Source: a bacterium (GTDB lineage Bacteria; UBA8248). From it: 64,000 nt of DNA. The DNA is taken from positions 288,001-352,000 of the forward strand of contig CBDATS010000005.1 of the NCBI GenBank assembly GCA_965200245.1, in the 5' to 3' direction. The first letter of the stretch is position 1. Each line of letters opens with the position of its first letter. Below are positions 9,672 to 19,802 of this stretch, one piece after another. The notes under the pieces were generated by a model, which was given only the letters and a program-made list of their open reading frames with translations, was not told the origin of the DNA and did no database searches. Position numbers and translations under genes: made by a program.

Positions 9672-10069
9672 GTCTCTGCACCGGGAATCATCACGACCGC
9701 CTCGATCTCCACGATGTCGTCCTGATTGAGCCTGCTCACTTCTACGATGGTGCGTGTAGGCAGGTTTGGTCCGAAGTATTCCTCATACAGTCTGTTGATT
9801 GTCGGGCGATGGGCATCCATTTCCCTCACATAGACGATGGTGGAAACGAAGGTGGCGAGCGACCCGCCCGCCGCTTCCGAAATGGCTTTCAGGTTTTCGA
9901 AAGTTCTTCTGGCTCGCGCTTCTATGGTTCTCTCGACGAGTTTCCCCGTATTAGGGTCGATCCCGCGCTGGCCAGCGATGAACAACAGATTCCCCACCCG
10001 GCGCGCCTGCACGAAAGGTCCGGTAGGCGAAGGTGCCAGATCCGTCTGTATGGTTTGAGGGGATTCCAA
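9668..10069 (-). CDS. RidA/YjgF family protein
   Basis: PTGPFVQA, LFIAGQ, YEEYF...PTRT, VEIEAV. Confidence 0.85.
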   Translation of the reverse strand: MESPQTIQTDLAPSPTGPFVQARRVGNLLFIAGQRGIDPNTGKLVERTIEARARRTFENLKAISEAAGGSLATFVSTIVYVREMDAHRPTINRLYEEYFGPNLPTRTIVEVSRLNQDDIVEIEAVVMIPGAET

Positions 10070-10134
10070 GGCGTTATCCCGGTTGAAAAGCAGAAAACAG
10101 GCTGTCGGCTCATGTTTTCCGCCGCGTGGCTGCG

Positions 10135-10359
10135 CTATTTTTTCTTACCCTTGGGTAATTCTGCCGGAAAAGCGATTTTGAGCCACTGCTGCGTCAGTAT
10201 CGTTGCAGCGTTCTCGTCTTTTCCAGGAATGAACGCGATAGGCTCTTTGGGCTGGATACCTTCCTGATCGAGCATATAGATGTCGACTCCGAATCCGTAT
10301 AGATCATGTTCACGAGTTTCAAGATTGTATTTCACCCCATTGTTCGTCAATTGGTTCAT
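10135..10359 (-). CDS. Small hypothetical protein
   Basis: ATG at 10359 after purine-rich SD-like stretch; protein-like composition; no recognised motif. Confidence 0.45.
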   Translation of the reverse strand: MNQLTNNGVKYNLETREHDLYGFGVDIYMLDQEGIQPKEPIAFIPGKDENAATILTQQWLKIAFPAELPKGKKK

Positions 10360-10519
10360 ATGCACTCGTCCTTTCAAGCTCACTGGCGAAAACCGGACCT
10401 TAAAGGTTCCAAACTGCCGCTATCATAGCTGATGGTTTGATCCGCAGTAAAGTTTGGAAACTGTATCGAACATATCCGTTCTTGACCCCGCATGGGGGCT
10501 ATGATAAACGCAAAAACCT

Positions 10520-10594
10520 GGGCCGTTAGCTCAGTGGTAGAGCGCTGCCTTCACACGGCAGAAGTCACTGGTTCAAGTCCAGTACGGCCCACCA
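10520..10594 (+). tRNA. tRNA-Val(CAC)
   Basis: Acceptor stem GGGCCGT/ACGGCCC + ACCA, D-arm AGCTCAGTGGTAGAGC, anticodon arm CTGCC-TTCACAC-GGCAG, GGTTCAAGTCC T-arm. Confidence 0.97.
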
Positions 10595-10596
10595 AC

Positions 10597-10899
10597 TCAT
10601 CCTTCCGAAAGCCTGCACGAGCAGGACACCTCCCGCCAAAGGATTCTTCCATATTGCCTCATAGCTGGACGCCGTTTCGCGCCCACGATCTTCGGCAAAG
10701 AAAGTGCGTTTTCTTCATCGGGCGTGTAGCAAGTTATCAAACCTGCTTTCTCGCTTCTGAAGAGGACGTCACCATCGGCGTGACCCACCACCCGAGAGCC
10801 ACGAGTGTCGGCCTGCAATTCTCCTGAAACATACAACCTCTTCGTCTCGATGAATCGATTTACAAGAGAAAAAACTCCCTTGAGGATCCGTATGCTCAC
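10597..10899 (-). pseudogene. Hypothetical ORF; N-terminal half resembles a degenerate IspF
   Basis: GTG overlaps priA stop (GTGA); MSIRI...VNRFIETKRLYVSG...VVGHADGDVLF resembles IspF MRIG.G.DVH.F.E...L.LGG...GHSDGDV. Confidence 0.3.
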
Positions 10900-13469
10900 A
10901 TCAGATTCAACGGGTCCACATCCACCGCCAGGAGAACGGAAGAAAAGGCCGCCTGCCCATCAAACTCGGAAGTGAGCGTTTTGAGTACCTCTCCCAAGCG
11001 TTTCGAATTCCTGGCCTTCAGGAGCATGTGATACCGCCATACATCGCGAATTCTCATAATTGGCGCAGGTGCTGGCCCCAAGTATTCAATCTCGTTTGTA
11101 CCTGTTACGCTCCCAGCGGCTTCTGCTCTGCGTCTCCTCAAAAAAGAAGCCGCCCATTCAGCGGCTTTCGAGGCGATACACTGGTTTTTCGACTCGAAAC
11201 GCAACCTCGCCAGACGCCGATACGGTGGGTAGCCCATTCGCTCTCTCGCCAGAGCTTCTCGCCTGTAAAACTCAGCGTAATCATGCTCGCGTGCACATTG
11301 AACCGCAAAGTGATCCGGCCTGAAGGTCTGAATGATGACCTCTCCGGACAGATTTGCGCGACCCGCCCGGCCAGCCACCTGAGTGAGTAGCTGAAAAGTG
11401 CGCTCACTTGCCCTGAAATCAGGCAGATGAAGTCCAACATCGGCCACCAAGACGCCCACAAGAGTGAGTTTCGGGAAATCATGGCCTTTCGTCACCATCT
11501 GCGTTCCGATGAGCACGTCAATATCTCCGCTACGCATTGCCCTGAAAACCCTCTCGTATGCAACCGCCCGGCGTACCGCGTCGCGATCCAGACGCTGTAT
11601 GCGAGCCTGCGGGAATCGCGCCTTTACTGCTTGTTCCACGCGCTCGGTTCCCACGCCGAAGTAACCCACCCGATCGCTTTCGCATGAGGAACATCTGTTT
11701 GGTGGATGCGCGCCGAAATCGCACCAGTGGCATTGCACCCTGCTTCCGCCTTCGCGGTGAAAAGTCAGCGGGATGGAGCAGTGAGGACACTGAAGCGCCT
11801 TGCCACAGTCGCGGCACAGAATGACCGAGGAGAACCCTCGCCGGTTCAGGAACAACAGCGTCTGCTCACCTCGCTCCAGACGTTCGCCGATGGCCGCCGT
11901 CAAATCGCGCGTCAAGAGTTCCGGCGTCTTGGGGTCGGAGCTTACTTCTTTTCTCAAATCCACAAGCCGTACCTGCGGCAAGGTTCCGCCAGTGGGCCGG
12001 CGAGACAACGAGTGCAGGCGGTAGCGACCGCTTCTGGCACTCGTGTAACTTTCAATCGACGGCGTAGCCGAACCCAACACGATCGGAATTCCCAGACTCT
12101 TGGCGCGCATGATTCCGGTATCCCGCGCGTGGTAACGAGGGGATTCACCCTGCTTGTAGGAACCGTCGTGCTCCTCGTCTACCGCGATCATTCCCAGGTT
12201 CGGGATCGGGGCAAAGACGGCAGACCTCGTGCCCACGACGATAGGTGCATTCCCGTTCTTGATGCGCCACCACTCCGAGAGGCGCTTTTTATCCGAATAG
12301 GCACTGTGCAAGCAGGCCACCAGCCCTCCGAATCGCCCCTGAAACCGTCCCAAAAGCTGGGGAGTCAGCCCGATTTCGGGCACGAGAACCAACGTGCCCA
12401 ATCCGTTGGCAAGAGCTTCTTGCGCAAGCCGAATGTAGACTTCCGTCTTTCCGCTTCCCGTGACGCCGTGAAGAAGCGTAACTGAAAATTTCTTTTGCTC
12501 GATGTCCGCTTTCACCAACTCCACAAATTCTTTCTGCTCATCCGTAAGTTCCATAGGGGGTGCATCGTGTCTCGGACTCAGTTCATTCACATTCTCCGTA
12601 TCGGGGAGAAGGTCTTCTACTATTCTGACCCATCCTTTTTTCTCCAAAGCAGCGCAAGCGGTGCGCGCGCTTCTCGAATGACCTTCCAACTCCGACAGTC
12701 GAATTCGTCCACCTTCAGCCTGGTTCAAAAGAAGCAGGATATCCACCTGCCGCTTCGCTCGTTTTTCTAGATTCTCAAGCTCATTTCCTTCAGGCATCTT
12801 GTGAAGATGCGCGAATTTAACCTTTCTGGGCTTGGCATCACCTACGATGTCGACGTATCTCTCCACAAAGCCCGAATCGATGAGACGCATGAGTTCAGGA
12901 TGCGTTCCGCGGCCGAACGGCGCTGTAAGCGAACCGATGGTTCTCGGACCCATGCGAAGCGCAACCAAAATGCGCGCCTTGTGACTCCCCTCTGCTTGTG
13001 AGGTTTCGAGGCCGGGCAAGCCGAGACCACCTTCCTCGAGCACGGCTTCTCGCCTCCCTGATTCGGTAAGTCGATAGCGCTCTACGGTTTTTTTCTCCTT
13101 GTGGGACGGAAGCGCAGATTTAAGCGCCTCCCCCCAGCCGCAACAATAGTATTCCGCCACCCATCTCGTGAGTTCCAGAAGTTCCTGGGTGAGCAGTGGC
13201 TCGTCATCAAGAATCTCCAGAACAGGTCTGATAGACGCAGGCTCGACTCCGGGAGGCGGGCTCTCGACCAGCGGATGGACAACGTATCCCGTCACTTTTC
13301 TCTTGCCCAGAGGCGCCAGCACGCGCAACCCGGGCACAAGCCGGTCCACGAAATCAGGTTCCACCCGGTAGATTAAGGTTCGAAGTTGCGGGACGCTGAG
13401 TGCAACCTCGACATACAGGCTGCCCGGTTCGTGCGCCTTGGGGGTATCTTTCTTGATGACGTATTTCAC
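10896..13469 (-). CDS. priA: Primosomal protein N'
   Basis: GVTGSGKTEVY, LVPEIGLTPQ, DEEH, four CxxC pairs, GTQMVTKGHDF, PDFRASER, DVDP C-terminus. Confidence 0.97.
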   Translation of the reverse strand: MKYVIKKDTPKAHEPGSLYVEVALSVPQLRTLIYRVEPDFVDRLVPGLRVLAPLGKRKVTGYVVHPLVESPPPGVEPASIRPVLEILDDEPLLTQELLELTRWVAEYYCCGWGEALKSALPSHKEKKTVERYRLTESGRREAVLEEGGLGLPGLETSQAEGSHKARILVALRMGPRTIGSLTAPFGRGTHPELMRLIDSGFVERYVDIVGDAKPRKVKFAHLHKMPEGNELENLEKRAKRQVDILLLLNQAEGGRIRLSELEGHSRSARTACAALEKKGWVRIVEDLLPDTENVNELSPRHDAPPMELTDEQKEFVELVKADIEQKKFSVTLLHGVTGSGKTEVYIRLAQEALANGLGTLVLVPEIGLTPQLLGRFQGRFGGLVACLHSAYSDKKRLSEWWRIKNGNAPIVVGTRSAVFAPIPNLGMIAVDEEHDGSYKQGESPRYHARDTGIMRAKSLGIPIVLGSATPSIESYTSARSGRYRLHSLSRRPTGGTLPQVRLVDLRKEVSSDPKTPELLTRDLTAAIGERLERGEQTLLFLNRRGFSSVILCRDCGKALQCPHCSIPLTFHREGGSRVQCHWCDFGAHPPNRCSSCESDRVGYFGVGTERVEQAVKARFPQARIQRLDRDAVRRAVAYERVFRAMRSGDIDVLIGTQMVTKGHDFPKLTLVGVLVADVGLHLPDFRASERTFQLLTQVAGRAGRANLSGEVIIQTFRPDHFAVQCAREHDYAEFYRREALARERMGYPPYRRLARLRFESKNQCIASKAAEWAASFLRRRRAEAAGSVTGTNEIEYLGPAPAPIMRIRDVWRYHMLLKARNSKRLGEVLKTLTSEFDGQAAFSSVLLAVDVDPLNLM

Positions 13470-14434
13470 GGAAGAGGCGTCCCGCCACTCAGGATGATAT
13501 GGAGATGCTCACTGGTGAGATTGCGTCCACTCAGGATTCCAGCGACGCGCTTGCCTGACAAGCCCATTTTTATGGCGGCGGCCATCGGAGCGGCACCTGC
13601 TCCTTCGGCGATGACGTGTGCCTCCGAGATGTACAGACGGATGGCATCGCACATTTCCTCTTCGCTTACCACCACGATTTCATCCACGTATTGCCTGATC
13701 ATCTCGAAAGAGAGTTCATAGGGCACCCGTGTGGCAAGTCCGTCTGCAAAGGTATCCGCCGAAGGCTGGGGCAGTAATTCCCCCGCGTAGAAACTCTTGT
13801 AGAAGGCAGGGGCCTTTTCCGCCTGTACCCCCACCACGTGAACCCTGGGGTTGACATGCTTGGCGACGAGACCCGCACCGCACACACCGCTCCCTCCGCC
13901 AAGGGGAACTATGATGACTTCGATATCCGGTTCCGATTCCATGATCTCGAGTGTCTGGGTCGCCACGCCCGCTATGAGGCGTGGCTCGTTGGCAGAGTGA
14001 ACGTAGCGCATGCCGCGCGCTTCGCATTGCTCTTCACACCATACTCTGGCGTCGTCGAAGTCCTTGCCCACGAACGCAACTTCCGCTCCCAACCTTTCGA
14101 TGGCTGCAATTTTATCCGGATTCGCTCCATTCGGCGCTGCGATCAACGCCCTGACCCCGAAAATCCGCGCGGCGTAGGCGATGGACTGGCCGTGGTTCCC
14201 AGTCGATGCCGTGATGAGGCCCGCTTGTTTCTCTGACGACTCGAGTTGAGAGACAAGATTTACGCCACCGCGAACCTTGAACGCACCTATGGGCTGCATG
14301 GATTCGAATTTCAGGAAATACCGGCATCCGAGCCGTTCGGAGAGTACGGGAACTTCGTGAAAGGGCGTAGGCTGCAGGTAGGCGGCGATTCGTTTTCGCG
14401 CCTCCAGTACATCGTCGAACGTGGGCTCGCGCAT
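13466..14434 (-). CDS. Threonine/serine dehydratase (PLP-dependent, no regulatory domain)
   Basis: GAFKVRG PLP lysine, STGNHGQ, PLGGGSG, AEGAGAA, LSGRN. Confidence 0.9.
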   Translation of the reverse strand: MREPTFDDVLEARKRIAAYLQPTPFHEVPVLSERLGCRYFLKFESMQPIGAFKVRGGVNLVSQLESSEKQAGLITASTGNHGQSIAYAARIFGVRALIAAPNGANPDKIAAIERLGAEVAFVGKDFDDARVWCEEQCEARGMRYVHSANEPRLIAGVATQTLEIMESEPDIEVIIVPLGGGSGVCGAGLVAKHVNPRVHVVGVQAEKAPAFYKSFYAGELLPQPSADTFADGLATRVPYELSFEMIRQYVDEIVVVSEEEMCDAIRLYISEAHVIAEGAGAAPMAAAIKMGLSGKRVAGILSGRNLTSEHLHIILSGGTPLP

Positions 14435-14614
14435 TGTTCCTCCAGCGGTGGGCGCATCGCATCCACTTATAGCAAATTTTATTTTCCAGAGAGTGGCCTC
14501 ATTATGAGAAAATACGATGTTTTGCTATCCAGTTGAAAATATGTGCATTACATCCTCATCAGGCGGCGCGGGCGGAGGGGCTCTCAAATTCGGTTTCGCC
14601 TGAAGGCGTGGATG

Positions 14615-14643
14615 TTGACCCCCTCCGCCTCCCAACCTAGAAT
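14615..14643 (+). promoter_or_regulatory. Sigma70 promoter
   Basis: TTGACC-17nt-TAGAAT, about 45 nt upstream of ATG 14687. Confidence 0.65.
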
Positions 14644-14686
14644 GCCACAGTCGACACAAATCATCACACAACCGTGGAGGTTGAGC

Positions 14687-15016
14687 ATGAAGAGCGCACT
14701 GGAAATCGCAATGGAGAAAACTTCCGCCTTCGGAGAGCAAGCGCGCCAGGAACTGGAAAAACTCAGCCCCGAGCAAAGAAGAAAAATAGAGGAAATCAAG
14801 AAGGTATACGAGGGGAAAATTGCAGAAAAAGATGTTCTCCATCAGCAGGAACTGATGAAAATGACGGGCGGCACTCCGCCTGAAGCGATTGAGGCACAAC
14901 TCGAACCCGAGGCGAAAAATGCACTAAACGTTTTTCGCCAGAAATTCAGAAGCGAACGCGAGGCGCTTGAGGCGGAGCGCGAGGAGAAGATAGAAGCCAT
15001 CAAAAAGGAAAGTTAG
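14687..15016 (+). CDS. Hypothetical coiled-coil protein (MKSALEIAMEK type)
   Basis: SD GGAGG, E/K-rich helical sequence, 6 bp from next gene. Confidence 0.7.
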   Translation: MKSALEIAMEKTSAFGEQARQELEKLSPEQRRKIEEIKKVYEGKIAEKDVLHQQELMKMTGGTPPEAIEAQLEPEAKNALNVFRQKFRSEREALEAEREEKIEAIKKES

Positions 15017-15022
15017 GCGCAT

Positions 15023-15994
15023 ATGAGCCGCGTTGCGATTGTCCGTTGTGATGATTACGACAAAGAGCGAGTGAGCGACGCCGTATCCGAGGTGTTGGAA
15101 GCGTTGGGCGGAGCTTCGCAATTTACCTCTGCAACCGATGATATTCTGCTCAAACCCAACATCCTGAAAGGCGCGCCACCCGAGAGTGCGCTCACGACAC
15201 ACCCTGAAATACTCCGGGCGTTGGCGCAGCAGTTCCAAAAGCTGGCGGCTGCGCCCCGAAAAATTTCCATGGGCGACAGCCCCGCCTGGGGGAGCCTTGC
15301 TTCCTGCTCCAAAGAAGCCGGTTTGTCGAGGGTATGCAAAGAACTGGACATTCCCATCGTGCCTTTCCGAAAAGGCGTGAAGATTCCCAATCCCGACGGA
15401 GTCGTCTATACGCATCTCACAATGGCCAAAGAGGCCATGGACGCGGACGGCATCATCAACCTGCCCAAACTCAAGACCCATTGCCAGCTTCACATGACGG
15501 GCGCAGTCAAGAACCTCTTCGGCTGTGTGGCTGGGAAAAGGAAGGCTTGGTGGCATTTCAAGGCGGGGACATACGAGGATTATTTTCCGCTTATGCTCGT
15601 TGAAACGGCGAGGCTGCTCAGGACGAAACTCTCCGTTCTGGATGCCGTCATCGCGATGGAAGGCCAGGGTCCCGCACAGGGAACTCCCCGCCGGGTGGGC
15701 CTCATCCTGGCGAGCATCGACCCGGTGGCACTCGACCGTGTCGCCTGTGAGGTAACGGGACTCTCGCCCGAGAAACTGAAGACCCTGGAAGCCGCCCGCG
15801 TAACAGGCTTCGGCGAGACGGATCTGGACCAGATTGAAGTAGCAGGATTGCCTCTTGAGGAGGCGAAGATATCCGAACCACTAGTCGAGCCGAGGATGAT
15901 TCCGACAGGTTTCAGCATTCCACGCGTCGTAAAGAGCACGTTGAAACAACAGTGGCTCACACGCGTGCGCGAACCTCTCCACAAAGTTTCCTGA
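15023..15994 (+). CDS. DUF362 domain protein
   Basis: LLKPN, TTHP, INLPKLKTH, TGAVKNLFG, MEGQGP, DPVALD. Confidence 0.85.
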   Translation: MSRVAIVRCDDYDKERVSDAVSEVLEALGGASQFTSATDDILLKPNILKGAPPESALTTHPEILRALAQQFQKLAAAPRKISMGDSPAWGSLASCSKEAGLSRVCKELDIPIVPFRKGVKIPNPDGVVYTHLTMAKEAMDADGIINLPKLKTHCQLHMTGAVKNLFGCVAGKRKAWWHFKAGTYEDYFPLMLVETARLLRTKLSVLDAVIAMEGQGPAQGTPRRVGLILASIDPVALDRVACEVTGLSPEKLKTLEAARVTGFGETDLDQIEVAGLPLEEAKISEPLVEPRMIPTGFSIPRVVKSTLKQQWLTRVREPLHKVS

Positions 15995-16007
15995 ATACCA
16001 GCGCAGG

Positions 16008-16781
16008 TTAGATGTTCGATCGGCTCTGCGAGCCGTCCACGTTCCAGCACGCCCCATGCACTAGGCTTGCTCTCGGGCTCACCATGAAGACTGCCACGGC
16101 GGAGAGTTCCTCCGGGCGGCCGAAGCGGCCCAACGGCATTTCGGCATCAATAAAGCCCTTGAGTCCATCGGACGCCTCGCCTATCCGCCGCTCCCATACC
16201 CCACCGGGGAAAAGGATGCTACCCGGTGCAATCGAGTTCACGCGGATGTTGTCCTTCGCCGTCTGCTGGGCAAGGCCCTTGGAAAAACTGATGAGCGCCG
16301 CCTTGGAGGCATTATACGTCATCGCACCCTTCGATTCTCGACCATAGATGGAGGCGACGTTCAGGATGGAACCGCCACCCCTTTTTTTCATCTCCGGTAT
16401 CACGAGACGTGAGAGTGTGACGGCATGATAGAGGTTGAAATCAAATCCTTCGCGCCACTCCTCGTCCGTGATGTCGAGAAACGCCTTGGGATTGCTGCCA
16501 CCCACGTTGTTCACGAGTATATCGACGCCACAGAACGCATCAATCGTCCTATGCAAAAAAGCGTCGGGCACGCCCGGTTCGGTAACGTCGCCCATGAAAC
16601 CCGCCGCGCTGCCGCCACCCAGCGCGTTCAGTTCATCGACCGCCTGGTTCAAGCGCTCTTCGCCCCGCGCACTGATCGCCACGTGACAGCCCTCGACCAC
16701 CAGATCCTTCGCGATATGGAAGCCAAGACCCCGACTGCCGCCCGAGATCATCGCCACCTTGTCAGTGAGCATCAAATCCAT
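16008..16781 (-). CDS. Short-chain dehydrogenase/reductase
   Basis: SGGSRGLG, LVNNVG, YNASK, NSIAPG. Confidence 0.9.
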   Translation of the reverse strand: MDLMLTDKVAMISGGSRGLGFHIAKDLVVEGCHVAISARGEERLNQAVDELNALGGGSAAGFMGDVTEPGVPDAFLHRTIDAFCGVDILVNNVGGSNPKAFLDITDEEWREGFDFNLYHAVTLSRLVIPEMKKRGGGSILNVASIYGRESKGAMTYNASKAALISFSKGLAQQTAKDNIRVNSIAPGSILFPGGVWERRIGEASDGLKGFIDAEMPLGRFGRPEELSAVAVFMVSPRASLVHGACWNVDGSQSRSNI

Positions 16782-16827
16782 CGTATTCCCTTCCGAAAGC
16801 GCAGGATAACGTCCTCGCGCGACGCCC

Positions 16828-18012
16828 TTACGTGGGCTGGTCCAGCGTCTGGGCGGCACGCAACAGTGTCATTGAGTCCGTCCCGTCACCGTGCAGGAAA
16901 GTGAGGAGGTCGCGCATCATCTTCTCCGTCGGCGTCTCTTTCATGATGCCGATCCCGCCGAGAATGTCCGTGGCGAAGGCGATCGTCTTGAGCGCCACCT
17001 GATCGCTGAACACCTTGCCGTACCGTGTGAAGCGCGTGTTGTAACTCTCGTCGTTCTCCACGCCCCAGCAGATACGCCACATGAACTGCTCTGCCACCTC
17101 GATGTTCATCAGCATTTCGGCCAGTTGGTGCTGTATCGTCTGGTGTTCGATGATGGGTTTGCCACCCTGAACGCGTTCTTTCGCGTGCTGGAGGCAGAAA
17201 TTGTAAATACCGCGCGCGATGCCCGTATTGCACGCCGGAAGTTCGGCACTGCCCCGGAACACCGTGGCGAACGTATGAAATCCCTTGTTGACCTCTCCCA
17301 GAATGTCATCCTTGTGAACACGCACGTTGTTGTAGTAGCTCTCGGCATTGGGATACAGCCTGTAGCCGAGTTTGTCGTGCACATTGCCGTAGGAGACGCC
17401 CTCCTGATCCCCGTGCACGAGAAAGCAGGTAGTCCCCTGATGAACTGGCACATTGGGGTCTGTTCTCGCAAAAACCAGCAGAATCTTGGCCCAACTCGTG
17501 AGCGACGTGAACCGTTTTGCTCCGTTGAGCACAAAATAATCGCCGTCCTGCACCGCCGATGTCTTGAGGCCCAGTGCAGGGTCGTTCTGCCGGTAGATGT
17601 TGTCTGAACCGTAATCCGGCTCGGTAATCACGAACGAGCCGACGCAATCATGGTCTTCCACAAACATTTTGCCCCATTTTTCGAGTATCGCTTCCGATCC
17701 GCATTTGAAGATCGCATTCGATACCTTCCAGCACTGGCTCAGGCACTTGATAACGCCGATCTCGATTTGAGCACCCGTCCAGAGACAAAGGGCCTTGGTC
17801 GTCGTGTCGGCCCCGATGCCACCATACTCCTCGGGAACCGCCATAGTACGGAGGCCTAGATGCGACGCCTTGTTGAGAAGCGCACCCGGATAGCAATCCC
17901 TGGGGTCGGGTCGACGATCCATTTCCGCGGCGACGGGCGCGACTTCACGCTCCATGAAATCCCGGGTCAGATCGGCAAGTGCCAGTTGTTCATCGGTAAA
18001 AGGATATTGCAT
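16828..18012 (-). CDS. Acyl-CoA dehydrogenase family protein
   Basis: VPEEYGG, TEPDYGSD, LNGAKRF, KLGYR, RVQGGKPI, LGGIG. Confidence 0.9.
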   Translation of the reverse strand: MQYPFTDEQLALADLTRDFMEREVAPVAAEMDRRPDPRDCYPGALLNKASHLGLRTMAVPEEYGGIGADTTTKALCLWTGAQIEIGVIKCLSQCWKVSNAIFKCGSEAILEKWGKMFVEDHDCVGSFVITEPDYGSDNIYRQNDPALGLKTSAVQDGDYFVLNGAKRFTSLTSWAKILLVFARTDPNVPVHQGTTCFLVHGDQEGVSYGNVHDKLGYRLYPNAESYYNNVRVHKDDILGEVNKGFHTFATVFRGSAELPACNTGIARGIYNFCLQHAKERVQGGKPIIEHQTIQHQLAEMLMNIEVAEQFMWRICWGVENDESYNTRFTRYGKVFSDQVALKTIAFATDILGGIGIMKETPTEKMMRDLLTFLHGDGTDSMTLLRAAQTLDQPT

Positions 18013-18119
18013 AACTCCTCCAAGTCATTGAGAAGAATTTTCCATATTCAATCCATATTCTCTGGTTATCCTCTCGCGCCCGTGGTGTCAACTTCAAGAC
18101 GCAATGGCTCTCACTACTC

Positions 18120-19787
18120 TCAAGCCTCCGCATGGCGAGCCGCAACATCACGCAATTCATCGGGTACGGGAATCTTTTCGTGCTTCGGCGTCCCATCATC
18201 CCCGAGTGATACATGAATGTTGGCCAGCCAGTTCTCATCGTCCCGCTCGGGATAATCCGTCCTCGTATGTGCACCCCGGCTTTCCCCGCGTATCAGCATT
18301 GCGCCAAGCATCGCTTCAGCCGTAAGGCAGACGAGCCTCGCCTTCGCATGACGTGAGAGGAGCGAGGCGGGGGGAGTGATGTCCTGTATTCTCTCTTTTT
18401 GGACTGCGATTCTCTTCTGCCCGTCCTGCAGTGACTCCGAAGCCCGCTCAATGCCGCCCGAGGAGAACATAACGTCTCGTATATCTTTTTCGATTTCATC
18501 GAGTTGCTCTACACTCGCTTCATCAGCGCCTCGCACGCGCCCCTCATTCACCTTGGGCGGCCCGCCTTCTCCTTCCACATGAGCGGCGGTCCGCCCCGCC
18601 CGATCACCCATGACAGCGCACACGGTAAGACCACCGCTCGCCAGGCGATTTGCTCCATGCAGACCGCCTCCGTTCTCACCGGCGGCGAACAGGCCGCCTA
18701 TGCCCGTCCATCCGTTCGTGTCGATCATGACGCCGCCCATGCAAGAGTGCGCAGCGGGAGCGATTTCTATCGGCTCTTTTCTCACATCAAGGCCCGCCGC
18801 TTCGAAATCGTCGATGATCTCGCCCATCACGTCCCGAAGCGCGCCATATGGCACGTTCGTCAAATCGAGATACAGGCCGCCATTTGCAGTTCCGCGTCCC
18901 TCGACGATTTCCCGGTGCATTGCCCGGGAGAGGATGTCGCGCTTGGCGTGTTCCATCTCATCGGGCGCATAGAGTGTCATGAACCGTTCGTTCAGACTGT
19001 TGCGCATCCGCGATTCCGGAAAGGAGAGCGCCATGCCCCCTGAATTTCTGCCCCTGAGCTGCGGCGGATAGGCCATTGCCGTCGGCGTGAACTGCACGAA
19101 TTCCATGTCCCTTAACCGTGCTCCGGCGTCCAGGGCCGCTCCATAGCCGACACCCATCACTCCCGGCGCGTTCGTCGTGATGGGGTACATTCCACCCAAA
19201 CCGCCCATCGCGAGAACCGTGGCACGCGCGTGGGCCCGAAGAAGGCTCGAATCTCCCTCTCCCTGAAAGTCCGCTCCCACGACCCTCCCGCAGTCGTCGC
19301 ACAGCAAATCGATGAAAGAGAGGCCCTCCAGCACGCGCGCTCCGCTCTGCGCGAGCCGTGCACCGAGAATCCGCATCATCCGGGGACCGCCGCCCGGCAC
19401 GCGAGCTCCCCGGGGATAGGTATGACCGGGGAGTTTCGTGGGCGTCATCCGCCCGTTCTTCTCGAGAAAAGGCACGACATGCGCACGCAGGCGCTCTATC
19501 GCGGCGCCTGATTCAGCTGCGACCGTGCGCACAAGCTTGGGATCGGACATGAACCACCCGCTTCGAAAATTATCCGCCACCATGGTTTCCACGGAATCAT
19601 CCGGCAGGGAGAAACCTTCCAGAATCGTGGCGAAAACACCTCCAGCGCGCGCGGAATTACCCGTCAGGCCGACCTCTCCCAACATGGCAATGCAGACGTC
19701 CGCTCCTTCCTCGCGCGCTGCCAGAGCGGCTAGCGTCCCGGCCAGCCCTCCGCCTATGACCAATACATCCGTGCGTATTTCTTCCAA
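18120..19787 (-). CDS. Fumarate reductase/L-aspartate oxidase-like flavoprotein (orphan)
   Basis: GGGLAG, DMEFVQFTPT, AHSCMGG, AAGE..GGLHGANRL, RGESRGAH. Confidence 0.8.
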   Translation of the reverse strand: MEEIRTDVLVIGGGLAGTLAALAAREEGADVCIAMLGEVGLTGNSARAGGVFATILEGFSLPDDSVETMVADNFRSGWFMSDPKLVRTVAAESGAAIERLRAHVVPFLEKNGRMTPTKLPGHTYPRGARVPGGGPRMMRILGARLAQSGARVLEGLSFIDLLCDDCGRVVGADFQGEGDSSLLRAHARATVLAMGGLGGMYPITTNAPGVMGVGYGAALDAGARLRDMEFVQFTPTAMAYPPQLRGRNSGGMALSFPESRMRNSLNERFMTLYAPDEMEHAKRDILSRAMHREIVEGRGTANGGLYLDLTNVPYGALRDVMGEIIDDFEAAGLDVRKEPIEIAPAAHSCMGGVMIDTNGWTGIGGLFAAGENGGGLHGANRLASGGLTVCAVMGDRAGRTAAHVEGEGGPPKVNEGRVRGADEASVEQLDEIEKDIRDVMFSSGGIERASESLQDGQKRIAVQKERIQDITPPASLLSRHAKARLVCLTAEAMLGAMLIRGESRGAHTRTDYPERDDENWLANIHVSLGDDGTPKHEKIPVPDELRDVAARHAEA

Positions 19788-19802
19788 GACTCCTCCCCTG
19801 CA

